Positions 1-8,349 of a stretch of DNA of 64,000 nt are shown here, piece after piece. How positions within the stretch are numbered: the stretch's first letter is position 1; every line of letters begins with the position of its first letter. The stretch is from NCBI GenBank assembly GCA_965243025.1, contig CBDETY010000003.1, forward strand, positions 4,256,001 to 4,320,000, given 5' to 3'. The notes below the pieces were generated by a model that saw only the letters and a list, made by a program, of their open reading frames with translations, was not told where the DNA came from and made no database searches. This DNA comes from Candidatus Latescibacterota bacterium (GTDB taxonomy: Bacteria > Latescibacterota > UBA2968 > UBA8231). Made by a program: the position numbers and the translations under genes.

Positions 1-1
1 A

Positions 2-61
2 CGGCAAGCCGACCATGCGGTGTCGGCCGGGACCCGAACAGGCCGCCTCGAGGTGCGCTGA
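2..61 (+). CDS. cas3: C-terminal tail of type I-G Cas3 (partial, runs off the window)
   Basis: Frame reads RQADHAVSAGTRTGRLEVR*. R-x-AD-H-x-x-S resembles the end of the C-terminal HD domain of I-G Cas3. Lies directly upstream of the cas8g-like gene. Confidence 0.6.
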   Translation, partial: RQADHAVSAGTRTGRLEVR

Positions 62-65
62 CCCC

Positions 66-968
66 ATGCAGAAAGCCCGTGAGAGGTGTCCGGGGTTGCC
101 CGGCTTTTGGATCAACGGCTGGCTGGCGGCGGTGGGAACCACGGTGCTGAACCCGCGAATCCGGCTGGGCTGGACCGAAGAAGGCGCGCCCCGGGCGCTG
201 CTGTCCTGCCCGCCGCGCCTCGACCCAGTCGAGGCCCTCGCCGCCGCCTGGCCCGACGCCGAACAGATAGCCGGGCTGCCGATCGCCGAACAGTGGCAGC
301 ACACCCCCCCCTTGCAGCGCAAGGTTTCCCTGGAAACCTTTGCCCAGCGTGCCCGCGCCGCCCGAGGCCACCCCCAGGCGTGGGCCCTGTCGTCGACCCT
401 GACCGATCTCTGCGTCGACGAGAACGGCCAGGTCGCCCATGCCCCCTTCGATCCGGCCGGGCCCGGATCCGTCAAGTGGCTGCATCACCGACTGAAGAAA
501 GTGCACGCCCTGGGGGACCCCGACCGCATCGCAGACTCCTTGGCCGGCAGGGGAAACCGGGTCAAAAACCACGGCCTGGGATTCGATCTGACCCGGCTGG
601 GCTCCCTGTCGGATTCGACCTCGGCATGGGTCGATCCGGTAATCGAGGTGCTGGCCTTCTTCGGCCTCGCCCTCCTGCCGGTGCGCGGAGCCGGGACCGA
701 CCGGCGCAGGGCTTTTCCGGCTCCGGCCCGCGAAATCCAGAAAGGATGGGTTGCGGAAAACCGGTGGGAGCGCCGCTTCACCTGGCCGGCATGGCGCCAG
801 CCCCTGGACAGCACCGGCATCGATGCGCTGCTGGACGCCTGGATGACCGTCCGCAACGACAAAAACCAGTGGCCGACCATGGGAGTGCATGCCGCATGGC
901 AGACCGTACAGTTCAAGCCCAGAGGCACCGCCGACATTACCCGGGCCTTTGGCGCCGAGCGAGTGTGA
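66..968 (+). CDS. Type I-G CRISPR-associated Cas8g/Csb3-like protein (Cas3-extension family)
   Basis: Motifs GLPGFWINGWLAAVG, LxW, GLGFD, DPVIEVLAFFGLALLPV and FTWPAWRQPL. ATG at 66 after GAGG. Followed by I-G-like repeats. Confidence 0.7.
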   Translation: MQKARERCPGLPGFWINGWLAAVGTTVLNPRIRLGWTEEGAPRALLSCPPRLDPVEALAAAWPDAEQIAGLPIAEQWQHTPPLQRKVSLETFAQRARAARGHPQAWALSSTLTDLCVDENGQVAHAPFDPAGPGSVKWLHHRLKKVHALGDPDRIADSLAGRGNRVKNHGLGFDLTRLGSLSDSTSAWVDPVIEVLAFFGLALLPVRGAGTDRRRAFPAPAREIQKGWVAENRWERRFTWPAWRQPLDSTGIDALLDAWMTVRNDKNQWPTMGVHAAWQTVQFKPRGTADITRAFGAERV

Positions 969-995
969 AGAAATTCCAGGGGCAGGCAAAGCCCC

Positions 996-1186
996 GTGTC
1001 GCCGGAAGAGGAAAACCCCCGGTCTTTGTTGAGCGGATTGTCAAGCCCTTTTTTCACCCCAGCCCACCGGGGTCGTCGCCGGGGTCGATCCCCCGGCCTT
1101 CGTTGAGCGGGTGTCAAGCCTTTTTTTAGCTGAGGCCCTCACCGGGTCCCGTCGCCGGGGAGGATCCCCCCCGGCCTTCGTTGAGC
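996..1186 (+). CRISPR. Degenerate CRISPR mini-array (3 repeats, 2 spacers), type I-G-like
   Basis: Repeats at ~996-1035, ~1072-1109 and ~1150-1186, consensus GTCGCCGGGG-N5-8-CCCCCGGCCTTCGTTGAGC with a hairpin and 3' TTGAGC handle. Spacers ~36-40 nt. Starts ~27 nt after the cas8g stop. Confidence 0.75.
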
Positions 1187-1213
1187 CGCTCGAAGAACAC
1201 CCCCCCTTTGGAG

Positions 1214-1549
1214 ATGGGAAGAATTGCCGCCGGTCCCCCGGATCGGACCGGGCCATCGAGGTGCGCGACCCTTCGGTGGTCCCCTTTGAGGAGATCGAGG
1301 AGGTGGTTTCGATTCGAGTCGGTCCGGGACGTGGTGCAGGAACTCTGCAAGGTGCACCAAGAGTTCTCCCTGGCCGAGTTTCGCTCCCGGTTCCTGCATT
1401 ATTTCAAGGACGCCAGCCTGGAAGCCCAAACCCGGCACCGTATCAGCGACAAAGCCTACGAGGTGGGCCTGCTGGGCCTGCGCAAGATCGGGGACCTGAA
1501 GTTCATGGGCGACGAGGACCCGCCCAAGTGGGGAGATTCCGCAGACTGA
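1214..1549 (+). pseudogene. Probable frameshifted 3' fragment of an unknown gene
   Basis: Coding-like IEVRDPSVVPFEEIEEVVS in one frame continues as FESVRDVVQELCKVHQEFSLAEFRSRF... in another. Confidence 0.35.
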
Positions 1550-1576
1550 AGTGATTGAACGTGAGGTGGGGATGGA

Positions 1577-1723
1577 TCATGGCGGATGGATAAAGTTGGC
1601 CACCCGACTAACAATCCGAACCCGAGAAGGGCAAAGTGCAGCCCCGATATGACAATCATCGAAGCTTCTCGTTTGGCGGAAATCAGGCGGATCCTTACCA
1701 GCTAAAGGATAGGCGCAACGCAT
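1577..1723 (-). CDS. Small hypothetical protein (48 aa, Cys-containing)
   Basis: ATG at 1723 after a GGTAGG-like RBS; last ORF of a minus-strand run. Confidence 0.3.
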   Translation of the reverse strand: MRCAYPLAGKDPPDFRQTRSFDDCHIGAALCPSRVRIVSRVANFIHPP

Positions 1724-1746
1724 TGCACCTACCCCCTGGTCGGCAT

Positions 1747-1830
1747 CTACCGGCTGCGCCAGTGGTTCAGGACGATCTGAATCACCTCCAGCGCGACTTC
1801 CAGCAGAATCGCCAACCATCGTGGCATCAT
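1747..1830 (-). CDS. 27-aa amphipathic/hydrophobic peptide MMPRWLAILLEVALEVIQIVLNHWRSR
   Basis: ATGA overlap with the stop of 1827-2216; GGAAGGGG upstream. Confidence 0.45.
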   Translation of the reverse strand: MMPRWLAILLEVALEVIQIVLNHWRSR

Positions 1831-2216
1831 GAGCTATCACCCCCTTCCCGTGGTGGGTCTTTCCGGACGAACTTCCCGGTCTCGTCCCGCACTCTGCGCT
1901 GGGCAGCCCGCTGGGCCGCCCGACTTCTCGGGCTCGGTCCTTCCGGGTCTACACCGTTCTGGATGTCGTTGTCAGGGATACCGGTGGTGTCCCGTGGATC
2001 GGGCTCCGGTTTCATCCCGAAGTCGCGACGGACAACCGACAGCTTGTCCTTCACCTTGGCCTTGATCCATTCGGTGTGGACCTTGTTGAGGGCCAGCTTG
2101 TAGAGGTACACCCCCGCTTCCCTGGCCGCGACCACGGCGACGATTTTGACCACGGGTTTCAGGGAGTTCAGCAGTTTCCGCTGTTCCCCGTTGCCTTTCA
2201 TGGGATTGGGAATCAT
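1827..2216 (-). CDS. Hypothetical protein (phage/MGE-like)
   Basis: RBS AAGGAG; contains an RDETGKFV motif seen in phage proteins. Confidence 0.6.
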   Translation of the reverse strand: MIPNPMKGNGEQRKLLNSLKPVVKIVAVVAAREAGVYLYKLALNKVHTEWIKAKVKDKLSVVRRDFGMKPEPDPRDTTGIPDNDIQNGVDPEGPSPRSRAAQRAAQRRVRDETGKFVRKDPPREGGDSS

Positions 2217-2234
2217 GATGCTGCTCCTTTCGGG

Positions 2235-2444
2235 TCAAATGTCCTTCGGACGCCCGGGGGTCTTTCCTCCGGCCTCCCGGGACAGCAGTTCGATGAGTTG
2301 CCTTGCCCGGCCTACGGGCAGGATGATTTCGTAGGTGCCGCCTCCCTGGCGGTCGCCTTGAACGGAGATTCCCGGTATCTGAAGTCCCGAAAGGAAGGTG
2401 CATTCCTCTACGGTCTGGATCTCCACCGTGCGATGTTCGACCAT
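2235..2444 (-). CDS. Hypothetical protein (69 aa)
   Basis: RBS AAAGGA before ATG at 2444. Confidence 0.55.
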   Translation of the reverse strand: MVEHRTVEIQTVEECTFLSGLQIPGISVQGDRQGGGTYEIILPVGRARQLIELLSREAGGKTPGRPKDI

Positions 2445-2487
2445 GCGGTTTCCTTTGTTTGAGCGATTTGATGTTGGGGAGAGCAAC

Positions 2488-2520
2488 AAAAAAGCCCCCG
2501 GCCTTCGAAGAGGCGGGGGG
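2488..2520 (-). terminator. Intrinsic terminator downstream of the IS1595 transposase
   Basis: GC hairpin CCCCCGCC...GGCCGGGGG followed by a U-tract on the minus strand. Confidence 0.55.
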
Positions 2521-2543
2521 AGCGGCGAAGGGCCTGGCTGTTT

Positions 2544-3536
2544 CTATTTGACCAGATCCCGATACAACAGCCGTTTCCCCACCATCCGCGCCACCAGGTC
2601 CTCCATCTGCTCGAGGGTGTCCTTGTCGCGGATGTTGTGCCGGCCGACGAATTCGTCGATGTACCGCTGCAGGTGCTTGGGGGACATGGAGTGATAGGTT
2701 CCCTTGTAGGCTCGCTTGATCATCGACCAGAAGCTTTCGATGCCGTTGGTGTGGGACCCATCGGTTGAGAACTGGCCTTTCGAGTGAATGACGAACTCGG
2801 ATTTTCCCGGCCACTTGAAATCCTTCAAGGCACTGGCCCCGTCGCTGTAGAGGGTGCCGTTTGCTCTCAGGTGCTTCCGGGCGAACGCCCTCAGAATGTC
2901 GGCAGTCTCTCCAGGAACCACGCTCGCGGCGACCTTGCCGGTTTTTCGGTCCTTCATGCCCACCACGATGGTTTTTCCCTCCATCCACCGTTCCCGCAGC
3001 CTCTTGTCGGCGTGCTTGTTGGCCTCCTTTCCGCCAAAATAGGCCTGGTCGATCTCGCCTCTCCTGCTTGAGAGCTTCTCCTGGTCCGACCAGGCCTCGC
3101 GGATGCGGTGGCCCATGAACCAGGCCGTTGCATGCGTTACCTGGAGGTCCCGGTGCAGCTTCATGCTGGACACGCCCTTGAGGCTGGACAGGTGCAGGTA
3201 GATGGCGATGACCCATTTCTGCAGGGGGACCTTGGAGTGGGACAGCACCGTTCCGGTGCGAACGCTGAAGCGCTTTCGGCAGTCCCCGCACCAGTAGGGC
3301 ATGGATTGTCGGTCGGGACATTCCGATATCATGCCGTAACAGCCGCAGTGCGGGCAGTGGATCTGCTTGCTCCACCGGGTTTCTTCGAACCAGCGTTCGG
3401 CCGCGATGTCGTCGGGGAACCTGGCGAACAGCTCGATCAGGGACAGGCCGTTCCGGTCGTTCCTTCCCGGCCCTTCGGGGACGAGCCCCCTGCCGGCCTT
3501 CGACCAGCGGCCCAGGAATCGTTTCAGTCTTTTCAT
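2544..3536 (-). mobile_element. IS1595-family transposase (copy A)
   Basis: CPHCG...CGDC zinc ribbon; FSVRTGT, EIDQAYFGG, LYSD, HTNGIESFW, SPKHLQRY and GRHN motifs; RBS AAAGGA. Confidence 0.92.
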
Positions 3537-4055
3537 GGTTTCCTTTCTGGTGAGAAGGGGAGGAGCGGGTTGTCGGGACCGATCCCCCCGCGCAGGCCGT
3601 TCCGTGACCCCATGGCAGGTTGAAAACGGCTGCAACGGGTACCCCCGCTGCCTCCCCACTGCCTTATTCAATTATATATATAGAGTCTCAAGCCCTTTCA
3701 TGGATCGAACCGCCCCGAGGCCCATGCACTGTCCGGCCTGCCGAGGTAAACCGTATGCAAGGTCGATGTCGTCTGTGGAAAGGCGCCGCCCGCGGCTTGG
3801 CCTGATCCCCAAAAACCTCTGGGAGGCCGGATTTCGGTGTCCACCTCTGTCCGTCCGTACCCGGTTCGATTCTGCCTGGCTGGATGCCCTCGCTTCCGAG
3901 CGCACGGCACGGGTGAGCCGCGATTCGACGCCTCCTGCGCGTCGGCAGTTCCTACGGGATCGACATGGACCGGGTTCTTCGGCAAGGGCAGACGATACGG
4001 CCTGACCGACCCCGGCCACGACCCTTCCGGTACCCGGACGGGAGAGGACTCAGAA

Positions 4056-4493
4056 TCAGAGAATCCCGAGCTCCTTCATGGACACGCTTTCGCCAGCAGG
4101 AGCGACGACGACATGATCGAGCACCTGAATCCCCATAAGGCCACCTGCCTCGACAAGACGGTGGGTGAGATCGATGTCTTCCTTGGATGGGGCCGGATCT
4201 CCGGAGGGGTGGTTATGGGCCAGTATGATGCTGGTGGCTCCCTTCAGGATCGCTGCCTTGAACACCTCTCGGGGATGGACCAGAGAAGCGTTCTGGCTGC
4301 CGATGGAGGTCGTCTCATGCGCGACTACGCGATTGCGCGTGTCGAGGTGGAGGACGACGAACACCTCCCGGTCGGCTGAGACTATGTCGAGGGTATCCAG
4401 GTAGGCGAGCACCTCGTTGGGACTGGTGAGCGGCTCGGAGCATACGTCCTGCCAGATTTGCCGCACCTTGCGTTCTACGACTTCGAGTTTCAT
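4056..4493 (-). CDS. radC: RadC-family JAB domain protein (stand-alone, MGE type)
   Basis: VHPREVFK, AHNHPSGD...S..D and VLDH motifs; RBS AAAGGA. Confidence 0.9.
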   Translation of the reverse strand: MKLEVVERKVRQIWQDVCSEPLTSPNEVLAYLDTLDIVSADREVFVVLHLDTRNRVVAHETTSIGSQNASLVHPREVFKAAILKGATSIILAHNHPSGDPAPSKEDIDLTHRLVEAGGLMGIQVLDHVVVAPAGESVSMKELGIL

Positions 4494-4832
4494 CGGGTTC
4501 CTTTCATTATATAGAAGGCTACTCTGACTGATTGAGGGGGTGTGGGGCGCTTCGGCAGCCAGTGTGACGAGCCGGCTGCACTCGTTTCGACCCTCCTTCC
4601 CCCAGCCCGGGAGTCGAAGCCGGGTGGGGGGGGACATCGGAGAACGGTTTTCAGGACGGAGGAACCGGCGAAGGATTCAGGCCGAGGACTGTTTCGGAAG
4701 CATCCTCAGCCGGCAAGGATCAGATGATTTCGAGTTGATCAGGCGGGGTCCAACCACCCGGCTGGAGGCAAACTCTCCGAATTATCCAGGCAGGTGCCCC
4801 CTGACCGCTTCGATCAGACAGGGAGCCCCGGA

Positions 4833-5144
4833 CTACCGCACCGGAACCAGCGAGGATACCAGATCGTTATACACCTGAAGGAGGGCCTCTTTCGCCCTGG
4901 CCTGTGCCTCGTCGGAGCTGATTTCGGGGGCATCATGGTACACCAGCATCGTCAGCTTTTCCTGGCGCGGATAGATTTCGAAGTCGAAAGAGGGTCCCGG
5001 CTGAAGCGGCGGCTGGTAGAGGACCAGGACCACCTCCACCTCGGTAACGTACTTCCCTGCCGGCGGGGCGAAGATGCCGTCTGCGAATCGGTTGGGGTTC
5101 ACCCTCTCCGTCTGGCCCGGGAGGGCACGGATTCGTTCGGTCAT
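4833..5144 (-). CDS. Hypothetical protein (103 aa)
   Basis: RBS AAAGGA; plausible composition. Confidence 0.5.
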   Translation of the reverse strand: MTERIRALPGQTERVNPNRFADGIFAPPAGKYVTEVEVVLVLYQPPLQPGPSFDFEIYPRQEKLTMLVYHDAPEISSDEAQARAKEALLQVYNDLVSSLVPVR

Positions 5145-5174
5145 GGCAAGTCCTTTTCTTTGAAGGGGGAGATT

Positions 5175-5771
5175 TTGGAGCGGCTGCTGCAGCCGTCTGA
5201 AGAACTGGCTGCCTTGGTCGGGCACGAGCCGATGTCACAGGCTCAGGTCGTCCAAGAACTGTGGGGTTACATCCGGGAGAACGGGTTGCAGGACCCGGGG
5301 AATCCGCGAAGGATCAAGGCCGACGACCATCTCGGGAGGATCTTCGCGGGCAAGGATCGGGCGACCCTTGTGGAGTTGGCCAAGCGGGTCAGCAGACACC
5401 TGATGGCCGGCGCTCAAGGCGAACAGGCAGAGGAGGAAGTGCTCTGGAGGGAGTTCGAAAAGGAGATGCTGGCGTCGTGTTTCGAGACGCTGGGATGCTC
5501 GCCGGAAAGGTCCGACGAGGACCTGAAACGGGAATTCAGGGAGCTATGCCAGGAATATCATCCGGACAGGCTGGCCGGCGAGGAGATTCCCGCGGGTATC
5601 ATCAGGCTGGCGGAGGAAAGGTTTCAGGAGATTCAGAGCGCGTACGAAGTCGTGGTGAAATCCCGGACCCAATCCTCGTCCGCCCCTACCCGTCTCTGGA
5701 CCCTGGGAGAGCTTTTGAAACTAGCGGATCCCCCGGCATCTTGCGAACCTGAAGGAGGGATGGCCCGATGA
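5175..5771 (+). CDS. SWIB/MDM2 domain fused to a DnaJ (DjlA-type) J domain
   Basis: SWIB: PSEELAALVG...VVQELWGYIRENGLQDP...IKADDHL. J domain: LG...DLKREFRELCQEYHPDRL...AEERFQEIQSAYE. TTG start after AGGGGGAG; start uncertain. Confidence 0.8.
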   Translation: MERLLQPSEELAALVGHEPMSQAQVVQELWGYIRENGLQDPGNPRRIKADDHLGRIFAGKDRATLVELAKRVSRHLMAGAQGEQAEEEVLWREFEKEMLASCFETLGCSPERSDEDLKREFRELCQEYHPDRLAGEEIPAGIIRLAEERFQEIQSAYEVVVKSRTQSSSAPTRLWTLGELLKLADPPASCEPEGGMAR

Positions 5772-5845
5772 GAAGGTTCCTTTTGGCCGCTCTGGTTGCC
5801 GTGGTGGTGGCCTTTGCTCTTACGATGCTGCGAGTGATTCCATAA
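5768..5845 (+). CDS. 25-aa single-TM peptide MRRFLLAALVAVVVAFALTMLRVIP
   Basis: ATGA overlap with the SWIB-J stop; RBS GGAGGGA. Confidence 0.5.
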   Translation: MRRFLLAALVAVVVAFALTMLRVIP

Positions 5846-5860
5846 GGGTGTTCCATGTGG

Positions 5861-6133
5861 TCATCCTTTCTTCACCGCCATTTTCCTGATCTCCTCCAGG
5901 GCGGTGTCCAGATACGGATCCATGATACCCTCGGATTCTCCGAACAACTCCAGCAGTGCGAAGGTGAGGCATATAGCCTGCACTGCCGACACCGGGAGGG
6001 CGATCCCCCCCATCTCGGGGTGCCGGAAGAAGATGGCAATACAGGCTGGATCTACGTCCGCCATCAGGTGAACCTTCTCGAAGGCCACGTCCTGATATAC
6101 GGATTCGATTTTGCTTCTCGTTTTCTGGTTCAT
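5861..6133 (-). CDS. Hypothetical protein (90 aa)
   Basis: ATGA-coupled to the upstream ORF. Confidence 0.55.
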   Translation of the reverse strand: MNQKTRSKIESVYQDVAFEKVHLMADVDPACIAIFFRHPEMGGIALPVSAVQAICLTFALLELFGESEGIMDPYLDTALEEIRKMAVKKG

Positions 6134-6327
6134 GGACTGTTCCTTTCCCGGAAAAGGGTCTTGACCTCGGACAGACGGAACACGAGCTCGCGAACTTCCC
6201 CTCCGTGCTTCTGGCGGTGTGCGGTTGCTTCGGGAAGGGTTTCGAACCGGTCAACCTTCTTGTCCTTGATCACGGCATATCGGCGGATGACCCACCGTGG
6301 TAGATCACTTCGTCGGACATGGGGCAT
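6130..6327 (-). CDS. Hypothetical protein (65 aa)
   Basis: RBS AAGGAG, preceded by a TGTCGGT/ACCGACA hairpin. Confidence 0.5.
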   Translation of the reverse strand: MPHVRRSDLPRWVIRRYAVIKDKKVDRFETLPEATAHRQKHGGEVRELVFRLSEVKTLFRERNSP

Positions 6328-6556
6328 TCTCCTTTGTCGGTGGGTCACCGACAGTTCATTTGAAGGGGTCGTTTTGTCGATGGGAGCATGGAGCCAGGCT
6401 GAAAAGCTGATCCGGGAGGGTGCCGGGATGATGGGGCGGCTGGCTCAATTCATAAGGGTTTTCTCGCCCGTCCGCTTCTCTCCAACCCTGCATGTGCTTT
6501 GAAGTCGAGCCGGAAAAACCGATGGGCTGTCTGCAGCCGCAATCGCGATTACCTTT

Positions 6557-6697
6557 CCTCGATCTGTGTGGGAGGAGAAACGGGAATGGGGGAATTCGGG
6601 TGCCGAAGCCCGAAGGAACGGAATCGACCCGGTGCCCCGCGATCACCCCGGGTACGTCTACATGCGGGACGCGGGCGACGGATGGGTCGGTGAGTGA
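6557..6697 (+). pseudogene. Decayed excalibur-like Ca-binding domain, copy 1
   Basis: Reads NGNG..(fs)AEARRNGIDPVPRDHPGYVYMRDAGDGWVGE*, matching the DxNGNGRITCAEARxHGIAPV..HPAYxYMxDxDGDGxVCE type. Confidence 0.55.
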
Positions 6698-6929
6698 TCG
6701 AAAGCAGAAGTCAGTTCGGCGGGGGGGATGGAGGGGAGTTGGAAACCGTGATTCGAAACCGCTGAAGCGCGCAGGGGCAGATCCTGCAGGGAATGGGGAT
6801 AAATCCATTCCACTATCAGGTATACCAGATTTTCGGCGAAATCGAGCCTTTTGGTCCGGCATCCCCCCGTCGCAGCAGCAAGAAGGGACTTTTTAGCCGG
6901 TCGTTCTCACCCCAGTTCGGCTGTCCTAC

Positions 6930-6978
6930 GGAGGTAAATAACCCAATTTGGGTTAAATCATACCTCCTTGAGATCCAG
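6930..6978. repeat. Palindrome-containing direct repeat, copy 1 (TAACCCAA-T-TTGGGTTA)
   Basis: Homologous to 10164-10214. Confidence 0.75.
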
Positions 6979-7000
6979 AGATCCTCTACCGGAGGAACCT

Positions 7001-7144
7001 CCTCGATCTTGTGGGACGACAGCGGAAACGAGTGGATTGCGTGTGCTCAGGCCAGAAGGCACGGAATCGCCCCGGTATACCCCGCGATCATCCGTCTACG
7101 TCTGCATGCACAACGGAGACGGGGGCGGTTGGGTCTGGGAGTGA
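7001..7144 (+). pseudogene. Decayed excalibur-like Ca-binding domain, copy 2
   Basis: Reads WDDSGNEWIACAQARRHGIAPV(fs)PRDHP..YVCMHNGDGGGWVWE*; DNA similar to 6557-6697. Confidence 0.55.
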
Positions 7145-7336
7145 ACAGGAACAGCCTGTAGTAGAACGGTGAGAAGATCAGCGGCAGAGGGAACCGAAGC
7201 CGGGTCTTGACGAATCGGCAAAATGCGGGAGTGCTTTTTCCGGCTCAAGAGGACTACGCTCGGGGCATAGCTCAATAGACGGACAAGAGGCTCCAGCCCA
7301 TTGCCTCCCAGCCTGCTCGATTCCCCCTGCCACGAA

Positions 7337-7492
7337 CTATCCGTCATCATCGTCGGCAGATCTCTTTTCCTCTCCGGGGTCTTCCTTCTCGCTGCAGGGG
7401 ATGCAGATGTGCTCGCCGGGGGTGGGCATCCAGAACAGGTGCCAGGGCCTGATTTCCTGGCCGCATACGCAGCAGACCGGCTTGAAAACCAT
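7337..7492 (-). CDS. Small zinc-ribbon protein (51 aa, CCVC...CIPC)
   Basis: ATG abuts the upstream stop, RBS GGGAG; MVFKPVCCVCGQEIRPWHLFWMPTPGEHICIPCSEKED... Confidence 0.55.
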   Translation of the reverse strand: MVFKPVCCVCGQEIRPWHLFWMPTPGEHICIPCSEKEDPGEEKRSADDDDG

Positions 7493-7723
7493 TTACTCCC
7501 TCGTGTCCCGGATTCGGCCCTCCTCGTCCACGAAGATCCGGAAGGGGGAAGCCACCATTTTTCGGGAGGACTTGGTAAGGCCGTGCACGCACTCGATGCA
7601 GATATCCAACTTCCTCCCCTCGGCCATCATGCTGGCCGTTCCGACCTTGAGTTGGCCGCGTAAATCGTCTTCGGATACGACCCCGTTGCAGATATCACAG
7701 ATTGTGGTGGCCATTTCGAGCAT
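7493..7723 (-). CDS. Small zinc-ribbon protein (CDIC...CIEC)
   Basis: RBS AAGGAG; two CxxC pairs. Confidence 0.6.
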   Translation of the reverse strand: MLEMATTICDICNGVVSEDDLRGQLKVGTASMMAEGRKLDICIECVHGLTKSSRKMVASPFRIFVDEEGRIRDTRE

Positions 7724-7943
7724 TCTCCTTTCCGGGTGGATTGAATGCCTTGTAGGACAGGATCAAGCCCCGTTCCTGGTGGTGGATGATGGCTCCCATG
7801 AGCCGGAGATACCTTTCCGGCATGGTTCGCTTTCCCTTCTCCCACAGGCACACCTCGGCCTCACTGACGCCCAGGGCGAGGCCCAGCTCCCATTGCTTCA
7901 TGCCCAGGGCGTCTCTGGCCCTTTTCAGCTGATCCTGCTTCAT
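7695..7943 (-). CDS. Cro/XRE-family HTH transcriptional regulator
   Basis: LKRARDALGMKQWELGLALGVSEAEVCLWEKGKR HTH pattern; RBS GGAGAG. Confidence 0.8.
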   Translation of the reverse strand: MKQDQLKRARDALGMKQWELGLALGVSEAEVCLWEKGKRTMPERYLRLMGAIIHHQERGLILSYKAFNPPGKENARNGHHNL

Positions 7944-8340
7944 CTTTATTCTCTCCATTTGGGGGGGTTGACTGTCGGTGGTCACCGGCAGAAAGGCACA
8001 GACTGGCCCTGAACCGGGCTTGAAACGGAAAGCCGGCAGCAGGGTGTTGAGAGGGTATTCGGGTTCCCGGTGAAGCCGGGATTGGAGGGAGAAACCCGCG
8101 ACGGAATTCAGCGAGCCGGTAGCCGGAGCTACCTCCGCTCTCACTACCTTCCCGTTATCTGCAAAAAGGGATCAGAAGGGACTCAGCGTGGTACGAATTC
8201 GGCAACCTTCGCGGCGTCGGTGTATAACTGAACTGAGTGATGAAAACCTGGAATCGCAACTGATTCGGTTGCAGTCCCTCGGGTCGTTGAAGCGGGCAGT
8301 CGCAGGTCCTCCAGGGCAGGAGTAAATCTTCCTCTATAAG

Positions 8341-8349
8341 GTTATACCA
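8341..8349 (-). promoter_or_regulatory. Extended -10 promoter element (TGGTATAAC) ~400 nt upstream of the Cro-like gene
   Basis: TGn-TATAAC in an AT-rich patch; same motif as at the IS1595 ends. Confidence 0.45.

Noticed and set aside
1036-1130. Spacer TTGACA boxes as real antisense promoters into cas8g
   Set aside because: The positions 16-18 nt downstream on the minus strand are G-rich repeat sequence with no -10 element.
2494-2510. CCCCCGGCCTTCG as an orphan CRISPR repeat (also CCCCCGGCCTT at ~60696)
   Set aside because: Short GC-rich match lying in terminator stems; lacks the TTGAGC handle and the 5' arm.
3030-3060. EIDQAYF instead of ExDE as evidence of a dead transposase
   Set aside because: The catalytic Asp is retained and the same variant occurs in divergent copy C; likely a subfamily trait.
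4794-5174. N-terminal 127 aa of the 325-aa ORF as part of the SWIB-J protein
   Set aside because: Overlaps an antisense gene with a good RBS and has no domain character; a TTG start at 5175 is more plausible.
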